Shown: positions 29,001-37,538, counted from the first letter of the stretch. The stretch: 64,000 nt of DNA from Syntrophales bacterium (GCA_040767195.1 JAXGPA010000005.1:81426-145425); one strand, 5' to 3'. Notes: a model not told the origin generated them from the letters alone. Numbers and translations are program-made.

Positions 29001-29280
29001 CCGGGGCATCCAGACGGAGGGCATCCTCAAAATGCATGAGGGCCGGCCGAACATCGTCGACGCCATCAAGAACAGCGAGATCCAGCTCGTCATCAACACG
29101 CCCAGCGGGCGGTTGAGCCAGCACGACGATTCCTACATCCGCAAGGCGGCGATCAAGTACAAGGTGCCGTACATCACGACGGCCGCGGCGGCTGTCGCCG
29201 CCGTCAAGGGGATCGCGGCCCTCGAAAAGGGACACGGCCAGGTGAAGTCGGTACAGCAGTACCACAAGGAGATTCTTTGA
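26080..29280 (+). CDS. carB: Carbamoyl-phosphate synthase large subunit
   Basis: GSGPIIIGQACEFDYSG, NSNPATIMTD, GVHTGDS, NPRTSRSSALASKATG, second ATP-grasp domain, MGS domain. Confidence 0.97.
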   Translation: MPPRTDIRKVLIIGSGPIIIGQACEFDYSGTQACKALKKLGYEVVLVNSNPATIMTDPEMADMTYIEPLNIQTLRDIIEKERPDAILPNLGGQTGLNLSSELYRKGILDAFDVTVIGVNVDAIERGEDRIAFKETMNRLGIEIPRSKPAYTVEEAEAIADELGYPVVVRPAYTLGGTGGGLVYNREELQVVASRGIAASMIGQVLIEESVLGWEELELEVVRDAKNQMITVCFIENVDPMGVHTGDSYCTAPMLTISPELQERLQKYSYHIVEAIEVIGGTNVQFAHDPATGRVVVIEINPRTSRSSALASKATGFPIAMISAMLAAGLTLDEIPYWKEGTLDKYRPSGDYVVVKFARWAFEKFPGSEDALGTQMRAVGEVMSIGKTYKEAFQKAIRSLEIGRYGLGFARDFHEKPLDELMKLLSRATSERQFLMYEALRKGATVEALHEKTAIKRWFIEQMKELVELEEEILSHRGGTIPDDLLARAKKDGFSDRYLSRLLARAERDIRKQRTALGVVHGWEPVPVSGVEDAAYYYSTYNAPDSVSTTGNRKVIVLGGGPNRIGQGIEFDYCCVHAAFALRDEGVESIMINCNPETVSTDYDTANRLYFEPLTVEDVLAIYEKEKPEGVIVQFGGQTPLNIAGELAAEGVRILGTSPETIDLAEDRDRFRKMMEKLDIPEPESGMASTLDEALAIATKIGYPLIVRPSYVLGGRGMEIVYDEDMLRRYLAAAVEVTPERPILIDKFLEDAIESETDAISDGRDVFIPAVMEHIELAGIHSGDSACVIPPISISARHMDTISEYTKRIALELDVVGLMNIQYAIADDVVYILEANPRASRTVPLVSKVCNVSMARIATQLMLGKRLVDLRLKPGRVSHFGVKEAVFPFNMFPEVDPVLGPEMRSTGEVLGLADSFGLAFYKAEEAASQTLPSAGTVLITVSDRDKASIVEVARAFVSLGFKVRTTGGTGDFLKSRGIQTEGILKMHEGRPNIVDAIKNSEIQLVINTPSGRLSQHDDSYIRKAAIKYKVPYITTAAAAVAAVKGIAALEKGHGQVKSVQQYHKEIL

Positions 29281-29287
29281 GGGACCC

Positions 29288-30676
29288 ATGAAAACGCCCG
29301 GTGTGACAGGAGAAAATTGCGGGATCTTCGGCATATACTCCAATGAGCCGTGTGCCGACGACATTTACCGGGGCATTGACTTTCTCCAGCACCGGGGCCA
29401 GGAATACTGCGGGATCTCGACCTTCGACAGGGGGCTCCACCATGTCACCCACCACGGCAAGGTGATCACCATGTTCACCGAGGAGGAACTCCGGGGTCTC
29501 CGGGGCCGGTGGGGCATCGGACACGTGAGCCTCTGGGAACGGCAGCCCATGAAGTGGCAGACCCAGGTGGGTGAAATTGCCGTCGCTTTCAGCGGGAACG
29601 TCATGAACGCCGAGGCGCTCATGATGGACATGATGCACCGCGGAAAGTCCTTTTACAAGGGATACAATATCGAGATCCTGTCCAAGGTCATCATCGAGGA
29701 GCAGGACATCGCCAGGGGTATCGCCGCCCTGGCTCGAAAAGTGAAGGGCGCCTACTCTCTCGTGGTGGTCACCCGGGATGGGGTGTATGCCGCCCGGGAT
29801 GTCTACGGTTTCAGGCCTCTCATCCTCGGGACGGACGGGACCCGTTTCGTGGTGAGCTCCGAATCGAGGGCCCTGAAGAACCTGGACCTGGAAATCGTCC
29901 GGGATGTCGAGCCCGGGGAGATTCTTCTGATCAACCAGAAGGGATTCCAGACCCTGGAAAGGATCCCCTCTCCCAGGAAAGCCCACTGTGCCTTCGAGTG
30001 GGCCTATACGGCCAGCATCGATTCGGTCATCGACGGCGTCTATGTCCAGGAAGCCCGCAGCAACCTGGGGGAACAACTGGCCCGCAGGGACATGGAAGAG
30101 GGCGGACTGCCCGGGGATTTCGTGGCGCCGGTCCCCCTTTCCGGCATCGGTCATGCCCTGGGCTATCACCGGTTCTCCCGGATTCCCTACCAGGAGGTTT
30201 TTCTTTACCACCGCTACGCCGACCGGAGCTACACCCAGACCACCCAACCGGCCCGGGAGAGGATGGCCAAGCGGAAACTCTCCGTTTTGCCCTTTGCCGT
30301 CCAGGGAAGCCGAATCATCATCTGCGACGACTCCATCGTCCGGGGGACCCAGATCATGAACAAGGTGCGGGACCTGAAGAAGGCCGGGGCCCGGGAGGTC
30401 CATGTCCGGGTGGCCTGCCCCCCCCTCATGTACCCCTGTGATTTCGGCATTTCGACACGGTCTTACGACGAACTCATCGCCCGGCACTTCATTTCCGAGG
30501 GCAATATCACATCGAAGGAAGCGCTTCGGGCCCTCGAAACCTGGCTGGCCCGTCAGATCGACGCCGATTCCGTGCGGTTCAACAGTCTTGAAAGATTCGT
30601 GTCGGCCCTGAAGATTCCCGGCGAGGATCTCTGCCTCAAGTGTTTCGACGGCCGCTTTCCCATCGAGAACCGCTGA
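29288..30676 (+). CDS. purF: Amidophosphoribosyltransferase (4Fe-4S type) with degenerate glutamine site
   Basis: 10-aa propeptide then CGIFG, LQHRGQE, PRPP loop DDSIVRGT, Fe-S Cys (CAFE, PCDFG, CLKC). Confidence 0.9.
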   Translation: MKTPGVTGENCGIFGIYSNEPCADDIYRGIDFLQHRGQEYCGISTFDRGLHHVTHHGKVITMFTEEELRGLRGRWGIGHVSLWERQPMKWQTQVGEIAVAFSGNVMNAEALMMDMMHRGKSFYKGYNIEILSKVIIEEQDIARGIAALARKVKGAYSLVVVTRDGVYAARDVYGFRPLILGTDGTRFVVSSESRALKNLDLEIVRDVEPGEILLINQKGFQTLERIPSPRKAHCAFEWAYTASIDSVIDGVYVQEARSNLGEQLARRDMEEGGLPGDFVAPVPLSGIGHALGYHRFSRIPYQEVFLYHRYADRSYTQTTQPARERMAKRKLSVLPFAVQGSRIIICDDSIVRGTQIMNKVRDLKKAGAREVHVRVACPPLMYPCDFGISTRSYDELIARHFISEGNITSKEALRALETWLARQIDADSVRFNSLERFVSALKIPGEDLCLKCFDGRFPIENR

Positions 30677-30728
30677 AGCCGGGGGGAAGGGGAAAACGGG
30701 GCCGTTGCGGAGGAAGGACAATCGGCTC

Positions 30729-31634
30729 ATGGATCGACGCAGTTTCATCAGGAAAATGATCATCGCCGCCGCCGCCGTGTCCTGCCCGGCGGCTTTTTCA
30801 CCCCTTGCGGCATCCCGGGCCGCGCCGGCGCCGGCACCGGACCTCGCCGTGGCCCGGGGTCCTTCTCCGGAGCGGATCGTCGCGTCCGCCATCGATGCCC
30901 TGGGAGGGATGAAACGTTTTGTTTCCCCCGGGGACATCGTCGTCGTCAAGCCCAACATGGGGTGGGACCGGGCGCCCGAGTTCGGTGCGAACACCCATCC
31001 CGCTGTCGTGGCCGCCCTCGTGGGACTCGCTGTGGAGGCGGGGGCGAAGAGGGTCAAGGTTTTTGACCACACGGTGAACGACCCGAGGCGATGTTACCGT
31101 CAGAGCGGCGTCGCCGCGGCGGCGGAGGCGGCCGGTGCCGAGGTTTCCTTCGTCGACAAAAGGAAATTCAAGTCGGTGCGCCTCGACGGCGAGGTCCTCA
31201 AGGAGTGGCCCCTCTACGAGGACATCCTCGAGGCCGACAAAATCATCAACGTGCCCGTCGCGAAAACCCACGGCCTTTCCACCCTGACCCTGGCCCTGAA
31301 AAACTGGATGGGCGTCATGGGAGGCGGCCGCTGGCGGATTCATCAGCGGATTCACGAGAGCCTCGTCGATGTGGCCCGGAAGGTAAAGCCCACCCTCACC
31401 GTTCTCGATGCCGTGCGCATTCTCACCGCCAACGGGCCCCAGGGGGGGCGGCTCGAGGACGTGAAGGTTCTCGACACGGTCATTGCCGGTACCGACCAGG
31501 TGGCCGTCGATTCATACGGGGCCACCCTTTTCGGCCTCCGGGGAAGGGACCTGGGGTATGTCCGGATCGGCCATGAAACGGGGCTCGGCAACATGAACCT
31601 GGAAAGCCTGGACATTCGGAAAATCACCCTGTAG
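30729..31634 (+). CDS. DUF362 family protein with Tat signal
   Basis: RRSFI twin-arginine; GGM..FV.PGD.VVVKPN, ANTHP, INVP.AKTH, LKN.MG, D.VAVD. Confidence 0.85.
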   Translation: MDRRSFIRKMIIAAAAVSCPAAFSPLAASRAAPAPAPDLAVARGPSPERIVASAIDALGGMKRFVSPGDIVVVKPNMGWDRAPEFGANTHPAVVAALVGLAVEAGAKRVKVFDHTVNDPRRCYRQSGVAAAAEAAGAEVSFVDKRKFKSVRLDGEVLKEWPLYEDILEADKIINVPVAKTHGLSTLTLALKNWMGVMGGGRWRIHQRIHESLVDVARKVKPTLTVLDAVRILTANGPQGGRLEDVKVLDTVIAGTDQVAVDSYGATLFGLRGRDLGYVRIGHETGLGNMNLESLDIRKITL

Positions 31635-31662
31635 ACGCCTTCATTCCCGAGGAGGCCCCTCC

Positions 31663-33210
31663 ATGAGAATGACGTCACTTCGCTGGTTCGTCCAGGGGGC
31701 CTTTCTGCTCCTGTTTCTCTTCCTTTTCCTCCAGACGGAGTCGAAAGGGGAGGATACCCTGGGCTATCCCGTCCGCTTTTTTCTCGACTTCGACCCCCTG
31801 GTCTTCCTGTCCACCCTCCTCTCCGCGAGAGTCCTCGTTCCCGGGTTTCTCCTGTCCCTTCTCCTCGTCGTCCTCACGATCTTTCTGGGCCGGGTCTTCT
31901 GCGGGTGGGTCTGCCCCCTGGGAACGATTCACAACCTCACGGGGATTCTCAACAGGCGAAAAAGACCGGTTCTCCCCCCGGGCGCCCGCCGATGGAAGTA
32001 TCTCGTTTTGCTCTTTCTTCTGGCCTCCTCCCTTTTCACCGCCCAGGTCACGGGATTCCTCGATCCGCTCTGCCTGCTCATCCGGTCTCTCACCCTTTTC
32101 CTGTATCCCCTCTTTCAGAACGGTCTGGAAGCGGTCTTCAGGGCCGCCGCCGAGGCACCCGTTTCTTTCCTGGCCGCCCCTGCCGAGGCTTTTTACACCC
32201 TGTTTCAGAGATTCCTTTTCGCCTTCCGGGAACCTCATTTTTACCAGGCTGTTTTTACGGGGCTTTTTTTCGGCCTCATCGTGGGACTGAATCTCCTGGA
32301 AAGGCGTTTCTGGTGCAAATATCTCTGCCCGCTCGGCGCTCTCCTGGGCCTCCTCTCCCGAAAAGCCGTTCTGAAACGGTCCGTCGGTGAAGGCTGCACG
32401 GACTGCGGCCGGTGTCAGAAGGCCTGCCAGGGGGCGGCCATCGGGGGTGATCCCCGGGAAACGATCCCCTCCGAGTGCCTCGTTTGTTTCGATTGTGACG
32501 ATCTGTGTCCCGTCGGGGCCGTCCGGTTCGGTTTTCGAGGAGGGGAAAAGGGGCAGGCCCTTCACTTGGGGCGGCGGGCCGTTCTTCTTTCTCTTTTCAG
32601 CGGGGCCCTGGCCGTCCCGTTTCTCCGGGTCAGCCCGCAGAGCCGGTCGGGCCTGTTCCCGGGGAAGTTGATCCGGCCGCCGGGAGCCCTGGATGAAAAG
32701 GACTTCCTCGCTCACTGCGTCCGGTGCGGCGAGTGCATGAAGGTCTGCCTGACCAACGGACTTCAGCCGACCTTTCTGGAAGCGGGACTGGAAGGCCTGT
32801 GGACGCCCGTCCTCGTTCCATCGGTCGGTTACTGCGAGTATCGCTGCACGCTCTGCGGGCAGGTCTGCCCCACGGGGGCCATCCGGCCGCTGAAGCGTGA
32901 AGACAGGAAGCACGTGAAAATCGGGACGGCCTTCATCGACCCGGGGCGCTGCCTTCCCTACGCCTTCGGCATTCCCTGCCTGGTCTGCGAGGAAGTCTGT
33001 CCCACCGAGGTCAAATCGATCTGGTTCGAAACGGTCCGGGTGATCGGGCGGGAGGGGCGGGAGGAACCCGTCAAAAGGCCCCACGTGGACCCCGCCCTGT
33101 GCGTGGGATGCGGGATCTGCGAACACTACTGCCCCGTCCGGGGTGAACCGGCCATCCGGGTGGTCAGCACGGGAGAGTCCCGGTCAAAAGAAAACCGGCT
33201 GCTCCTCTGA
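31663..33210 (+). CDS. Polyferredoxin membrane protein (NapH/MauN-like fused to NapG/MauM-like)
   Basis: GRVFCGWVCPLG, RFWCKYLCPLG, several CxxCxxCxxxCP motifs, IRPPGA. Confidence 0.85.
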   Translation: MRMTSLRWFVQGAFLLLFLFLFLQTESKGEDTLGYPVRFFLDFDPLVFLSTLLSARVLVPGFLLSLLLVVLTIFLGRVFCGWVCPLGTIHNLTGILNRRKRPVLPPGARRWKYLVLLFLLASSLFTAQVTGFLDPLCLLIRSLTLFLYPLFQNGLEAVFRAAAEAPVSFLAAPAEAFYTLFQRFLFAFREPHFYQAVFTGLFFGLIVGLNLLERRFWCKYLCPLGALLGLLSRKAVLKRSVGEGCTDCGRCQKACQGAAIGGDPRETIPSECLVCFDCDDLCPVGAVRFGFRGGEKGQALHLGRRAVLLSLFSGALAVPFLRVSPQSRSGLFPGKLIRPPGALDEKDFLAHCVRCGECMKVCLTNGLQPTFLEAGLEGLWTPVLVPSVGYCEYRCTLCGQVCPTGAIRPLKREDRKHVKIGTAFIDPGRCLPYAFGIPCLVCEEVCPTEVKSIWFETVRVIGREGREEPVKRPHVDPALCVGCGICEHYCPVRGEPAIRVVSTGESRSKENRLLL

Positions 33211-33250
33211 AGGAGGCAGCCGGTCTTCCCGGTTTTTTTAGCCTTGTGCC

Positions 33251-33562
33251 TTAACAGCTGCAGCTCGTTCCGCAGGAACGGGGTGCCATGCTCGAATCGA
33301 TCTTGAATCCCGATCGTGTCCCCACCTGGATAAAATCGATCTTGACGGGCTGGATTTCGTCCATCAGGTCGGGCGCCACGAGAAAGGTGAACCCCTTCTC
33401 CTCGAACACCCTGTCATCCGTTTTAGGCTCATCCAGAGCCATTCCCAGTGAAGGGCCCGCTCAACCGCCCTCGAAAAGCATGATCCGGATGGGCGGGACA
33501 GGGCTCCTGTCCTTGAGGGATGTCTTCAGCATCTCAATGGCTTTTTCGGTAACTTCAAACAT
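33251..33562 (-). CDS. HesB/IscA-like selenoprotein (Sec at codon 34, UGA at 33461-33463)
   Basis: AGGAG RBS, ATG at 33562; MFEVTEKAIEML...IRIMLFEGG-UGA-AGPSLGMALDEP...SCGTSCSC; UGA lies at the conserved Cys of GGCxG. Confidence 0.88.
33426..33440 (-). promoter_or_regulatory. Putative bacterial SECIS hairpin
   Basis: GGCUC-UGGAU-GAGCC stem-loop; loop starts 25 nt after the in-frame UGA and has a G near its 5' side. Confidence 0.6.
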
Positions 33563-33630
33563 TCGCTTTCTCCTGTTCTCATGAGTCGATTTTTTTCGAA
33601 GATCACATCGAAAACTATTTTCTTGAATAA

Positions 33631-33657
33631 TATATTACTTTTTTCTTCCTTGTCAAA
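33631..33657 (-). promoter_or_regulatory. Sigma70-type promoter of the HesB-like selenoprotein gene
   Basis: Minus strand TTGACA-16 bp-TATATT in an AT-rich patch. Confidence 0.5.
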
Positions 33658-33800
33658 CAGGACGACCCCCCAGGGCTGCCCCTGAAAACCGCTGTCTAGG
33701 CCACCTGTAACCTCCGGTTATCACGGCACTTGGCCGGGAAGGCCGGCTCCTCCCAAACCGGAGGTCTTCACCACCGGAAAAAGGGTGTTTGCCGTCTTGT
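33657..33800. ncRNA. Unassigned structured RNA-like element
   Basis: Nested inverted repeats: ACCTCCGGTT/AACCGGAGGT, inner GGCC/GGCC hairpin, imperfect outer ACAGGACGAC/GCCGTCTTGT; no credible ORF. Confidence 0.35.
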
Positions 33801-33881
33801 CATTTCAAGAGATCGAAATCGGTCAAGGTAGGAACTATAACAGGCGCCAGTCCTCCGTTCGGGACGGCCGGCGCAGGGAGG

Positions 33882-34301
33882 TCACTTGACGAGCAGAATG
33901 GGACAGGTGCAAAGCATGCCCACCTTGTAGCTGATGGTCCCCCACCCCTCGGACGGTCGGCCCAGGTCCACCCTGTGGGAGTTCATGACGATCAGGTCGC
34001 TTCTGTTTTCCTCGGAGAATTTCAATATTTCCTGGGCCCGGTTGCCGTACGTGACGGTTTCGTTGATGGTCACCCCGTGATTCTGGAAGGCCTTCCTTTG
34101 CTCCGCCATCTGTTGACGGGCCTTGTTTTCCAGTTTTCTGTAAAACTCCTCGCACTCTTCGAAGGACGTTCCCTGAATGATTTCAACGACATGGAGCAGT
34201 TGCACGGTTCCGCCGTAGTGCTCGGCGATATTGACGGCGATATCCAGGGGCCGGAGGCTCCTTTCGGAAAAATCCGTAGGCACCAGAATCTGCTTGAACA
34301 T
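33882..34301 (-). CDS. Universal stress protein
   Basis: FKQILVPTDFS, LLHV, DLIVM.SH, G.IS.KV, CPILLVK. Confidence 0.92.
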   Translation of the reverse strand: MFKQILVPTDFSERSLRPLDIAVNIAEHYGGTVQLLHVVEIIQGTSFEECEEFYRKLENKARQQMAEQRKAFQNHGVTINETVTYGNRAQEILKFSEENRSDLIVMNSHRVDLGRPSEGWGTISYKVGMLCTCPILLVK

Positions 34302-34630
34302 GACAGACCTCTCTTTACCGGGATGTTTCCGCCGTCCGCGGACGGGCTCCCGTGATCGCCCGGGGCCTCACGCCTCCCCGGTCCACCCGCCCTTTCGGGT
34401 TACCGGTCTTCCGGCCCCGGCTTCCCGTGACGGCCCATGCAGATTTTCTTACCAGCATTGACTGGCGGTTTCAATTTTTTTGTCGGTTTTTTTCCGAGCG
34501 GGATCGACCTTGGAATGCCTCTTGCCGGAAAGTCCCGATCATGCCATAAAAATAGGATATGGACTTCAGCCCTGTTCAGGTTACGAGCAGCCCGGTTTGA
34601 CTTCGCGATGAGGAAAGGGAGAACGAAATT

Positions 34631-35539
34631 ATGAATATTTTCATGACAGGCGGCACGGGGTTTGTTGGAACGACACTGGCGAGGGAACTTTCCGCCGCCA
34701 GCCACAGGGTGACCATCCTGACGAGACCGGGAAAGGAAAAAAAGACGAGCCTGGCCGGTGTTTCTTACGTGGACGGGGACCCGACACGGCGGGGACCCTG
34801 GCAGGAGAAAGTGCCCGGTCACGATGTGCTGATCAACCTGGCCGGTTCGCCTGTTTTTGCCCGATGGACGGACGCTGTTAAAAAGGATCTCAGGGAAAGC
34901 CGCATTCTTACCACGGCCCATCTCGTGGAGGCCCTTGAATCCGGGCCGGGGGAACGCCCTTCTCTTTTAAGCACGTCCGCGGTGGGTTATTACGGTTTTC
35001 ACGGGGATGAGGAACTGGATGAGAGGTCTGGCCCGGGATCGGATTTTCTCGCCACCCTGGCCTTGGAGTGGGAGGAAAAGGCCCTGGAGGCGGAAAAGCG
35101 CGGGGTCCGCGTGGTTCTCTGCCGTTTCGGCATCGTCATGGGGAAAAACGGCGGCGCCCTGGCCCAGATGGTCCGCCCGTTCCGCTTCGGCGCGGGAAGC
35201 CCGCTGGGAAGCGGCAGACAGTGGTTTTCCTGGATTCACGAGATGGATCTCGTCCGCATCTTCCTTTTTCTCATGGAAAATCAGGAAATAACGGGACCCG
35301 TGAACTGTACGGCCCCCCACCCCGTCCGGAACGGAGAACTCACAAAAATCATGGGCCGGGTTCTCGGGGTTCCCACCTTCCTGCCCGCCGTCCCGGGGTT
35401 CCTGGTTTCCCTGATCCTTGGGGAATTCGGCAGCGTTCTCCTGAAGGGACAGAAAGTCATGCCGGTTAAGCTTCTGAAGGCAGGGTTCCGTTTCGAGTAT
35501 CCCGACATGGAAAGGGCCCTCAAAAATCTTCTGAAATAA
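34631..35539 (+). CDS. TIGR01777 family NAD-dependent epimerase (YfcH-like)
   Basis: TGGTGFVG, INLAG, SAVGYYG, R.GIV, GSGRQWFSWIH, GPVN.TAP. Confidence 0.92.
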   Translation: MNIFMTGGTGFVGTTLARELSAASHRVTILTRPGKEKKTSLAGVSYVDGDPTRRGPWQEKVPGHDVLINLAGSPVFARWTDAVKKDLRESRILTTAHLVEALESGPGERPSLLSTSAVGYYGFHGDEELDERSGPGSDFLATLALEWEEKALEAEKRGVRVVLCRFGIVMGKNGGALAQMVRPFRFGAGSPLGSGRQWFSWIHEMDLVRIFLFLMENQEITGPVNCTAPHPVRNGELTKIMGRVLGVPTFLPAVPGFLVSLILGEFGSVLLKGQKVMPVKLLKAGFRFEYPDMERALKNLLK

Positions 35540-35738
35540 CAGGCCGGAAAAGACGGTTCTGAAAGATCCGACGGCGTGGCCGTGAAAAAAAGGATCATCC
35601 CGTTGTCTGTGGCGATGAAATATGCTAAAAAGTATCGATTATAAGAGCGGCGGCAAAGCCGTGTTCCCGGAGGCGGGTCCGGCGGCTCCGCGAGGTAATT
35701 TGACAGGGCCGGATTGCGAGGTTTCAAGCGGGTTCATC

Positions 35739-36731
35739 ATGATTGACAGGTTTCACAGGGATATCAACTACCTTCGTATTTCCGTGACGGACCGGTGCAA
35801 TCTCCGGTGCCGGTACTGCATGCCCAAGGAGGGCGTTTCCCTCATGGGCCACGAGGATATCCTGACGTACGAGGAAATCCTCCGCGTCGTCAGGCTGGCC
35901 GTCGGCATGGGTATCGCCAAGGTTCGCGTCACCGGGGGGGAACCTCTCGTCCGCCTGGGAATCGTCGATTTCATAAAGGAATTGAAGGGGATCGACGGCC
36001 TCCAGGATATCAGTATCACCACGAACGGGATTCTGCTCGAAACCTTCGCCGAGCCCCTTTACCGGGCCGGCCTCAAGCGGATCAACGTCAGCCTGGATTC
36101 CCTGGATCCTGAAAAATACAAGTACATCACGAGGGGCGGCGACCTGGCCAGGGTTCTCCGGGGAATCGAAAAGGCGGAGGCCGTGGGGTTCGACCCCATC
36201 AAGATCAACGTTGTGGCCATCCGTCATTTCAACGAGGACGAAGTGGTCCGCTTCTCGGACATGACCGTGGACAAACCCTATCATGTCCGGTTCATCGAAC
36301 TCATGAACATCGGAAACGGCGGCGAGAAAAATTCCCTGGCATATCTTTCCAACGACACGGTGCTTGAGGAAATCCGCCGGGTTCACGCCCTGGTGCCCCT
36401 GAACGGCAAAAGGGCGTCCACCGACGGGCCCGCCCGGTGTTTCAGGGTCTCCGGCGGGAAGGGGGAACTCGGTTTCATCAGCGCCACGAGCCACCAGTTC
36501 TGTGACAGCTGCAACCGTTTGCGCCTGACCGCGGAAGGCCATCTCAGGGCCTGCCTCCTGTCCGATCGCGAGATCGACCTCAAGGACGCCCTGCGAGGAG
36601 AATGCGACGACGAGGACATCCGGGCCCTTCTTCAGCGGGCGGTCCTGGAGAAGCCGAGAGGGTCTTTCGAACCCGCCTGCCCCAGGAATAGAAAAAAATG
36701 CGAGCGGCACATGTCCTCCATCGGGGGCTGA
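35739..36731 (+). CDS. moaA: GTP 3',8-cyclase (molybdenum cofactor biosynthesis)
   Basis: YLRISVTDRCNLRCRYCMP, TGGEPL, FC..CNRLRLTA.G.L..CL, C-terminal IGG. Confidence 0.96.
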   Translation: MIDRFHRDINYLRISVTDRCNLRCRYCMPKEGVSLMGHEDILTYEEILRVVRLAVGMGIAKVRVTGGEPLVRLGIVDFIKELKGIDGLQDISITTNGILLETFAEPLYRAGLKRINVSLDSLDPEKYKYITRGGDLARVLRGIEKAEAVGFDPIKINVVAIRHFNEDEVVRFSDMTVDKPYHVRFIELMNIGNGGEKNSLAYLSNDTVLEEIRRVHALVPLNGKRASTDGPARCFRVSGGKGELGFISATSHQFCDSCNRLRLTAEGHLRACLLSDREIDLKDALRGECDDEDIRALLQRAVLEKPRGSFEPACPRNRKKCERHMSSIGG

Positions 36732-36764
36732 CCGGCTCGCGGCGGGACAGGCGAGGACGGGAAG

Positions 36765-37535
36765 ATGGGGGTATACGGAAAACAGTCCCCATCATGGGAA
36801 GCCTGGCAGGCCTCTCCCCGGGGAATATACGTAAACCGGAGAAAGCGGCGGTTTCTCATCGACTTGCTTCAGCCGGCCGTCGGCGAGAGGGTCCTCCTGG
36901 TATGCCGGCATAAAACCAGCGCCGCGGATTTTTTAAGAAAGGAAGGGTGCGCCGTCACCCTTTTCTGTTTCAGAGATTCCCGTTCCAGTAACGAAAGGGG
37001 CCCCGATGACCGGGTGCCGGATCTTATTCGATGGGACCCCGGAGACCTCCCTTTTTCCGATGACGAGTTCGATGCGGTCATCCTTGAGGACTGTCTCGAA
37101 TTTTCCGCTGATCCGGAGCCGGTGGTGAACGAGGCCGTCCGGGTGTGCCGGGGACGGGTGTTCGTCGCCGTGGCAAACGGGCTTTCTCTTCACAGGACCC
37201 CCGTGGGCCCGGCGGAAAATTTTTCCCGGAAAGACTCTGGCAAGGCTCGCTTTTTCGGCGCCGCTCGAATCCTCGGGCTCATCAGGGGGATCCTTCCGGA
37301 GACGCGGGTACGCTGGGGCAGTGTGCTCTTTTTCCCTTATTCGTGGTACACGGCCTGGTCGGATGTGGAAGACAGGATTCCGACAACCCGAAACCCCTTC
37401 GGTTATTACCTGGGGTTCGTCTTTCCCGTGGTTTTTAAATGGCGTTCCCTTCAGGAGCCCCTCGCATCGGGCATTGCCAGGGATCTGAAACCGGAAACGG
37501 GTTTTCCGGCGTCGAGGACTGCGGAAAGGAGGTGA
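36765..37535 (+). CDS. Methyltransferase-fold protein with degenerate SAM motif I
   Basis: LPF.DDEFDAV, LEF..DP....EAVRV; expected D.GCG.G replaced by LVCRHK. Confidence 0.6.
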   Translation: MGVYGKQSPSWEAWQASPRGIYVNRRKRRFLIDLLQPAVGERVLLVCRHKTSAADFLRKEGCAVTLFCFRDSRSSNERGPDDRVPDLIRWDPGDLPFSDDEFDAVILEDCLEFSADPEPVVNEAVRVCRGRVFVAVANGLSLHRTPVGPAENFSRKDSGKARFFGAARILGLIRGILPETRVRWGSVLFFPYSWYTAWSDVEDRIPTTRNPFGYYLGFVFPVVFKWRSLQEPLASGIARDLKPETGFPASRTAERR

Positions 37536-37538
37536 CTC

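Noticed and set aside
33675..33770. Cobalamin riboswitch-like fragments (GCTGCCCC, GGCAC..CCGGGAAGGC) on the plus strand
   Set aside because: The B12 box and AGGGAA elements are missing and no plus-strand gene lies downstream; kept only as an unassigned structured element
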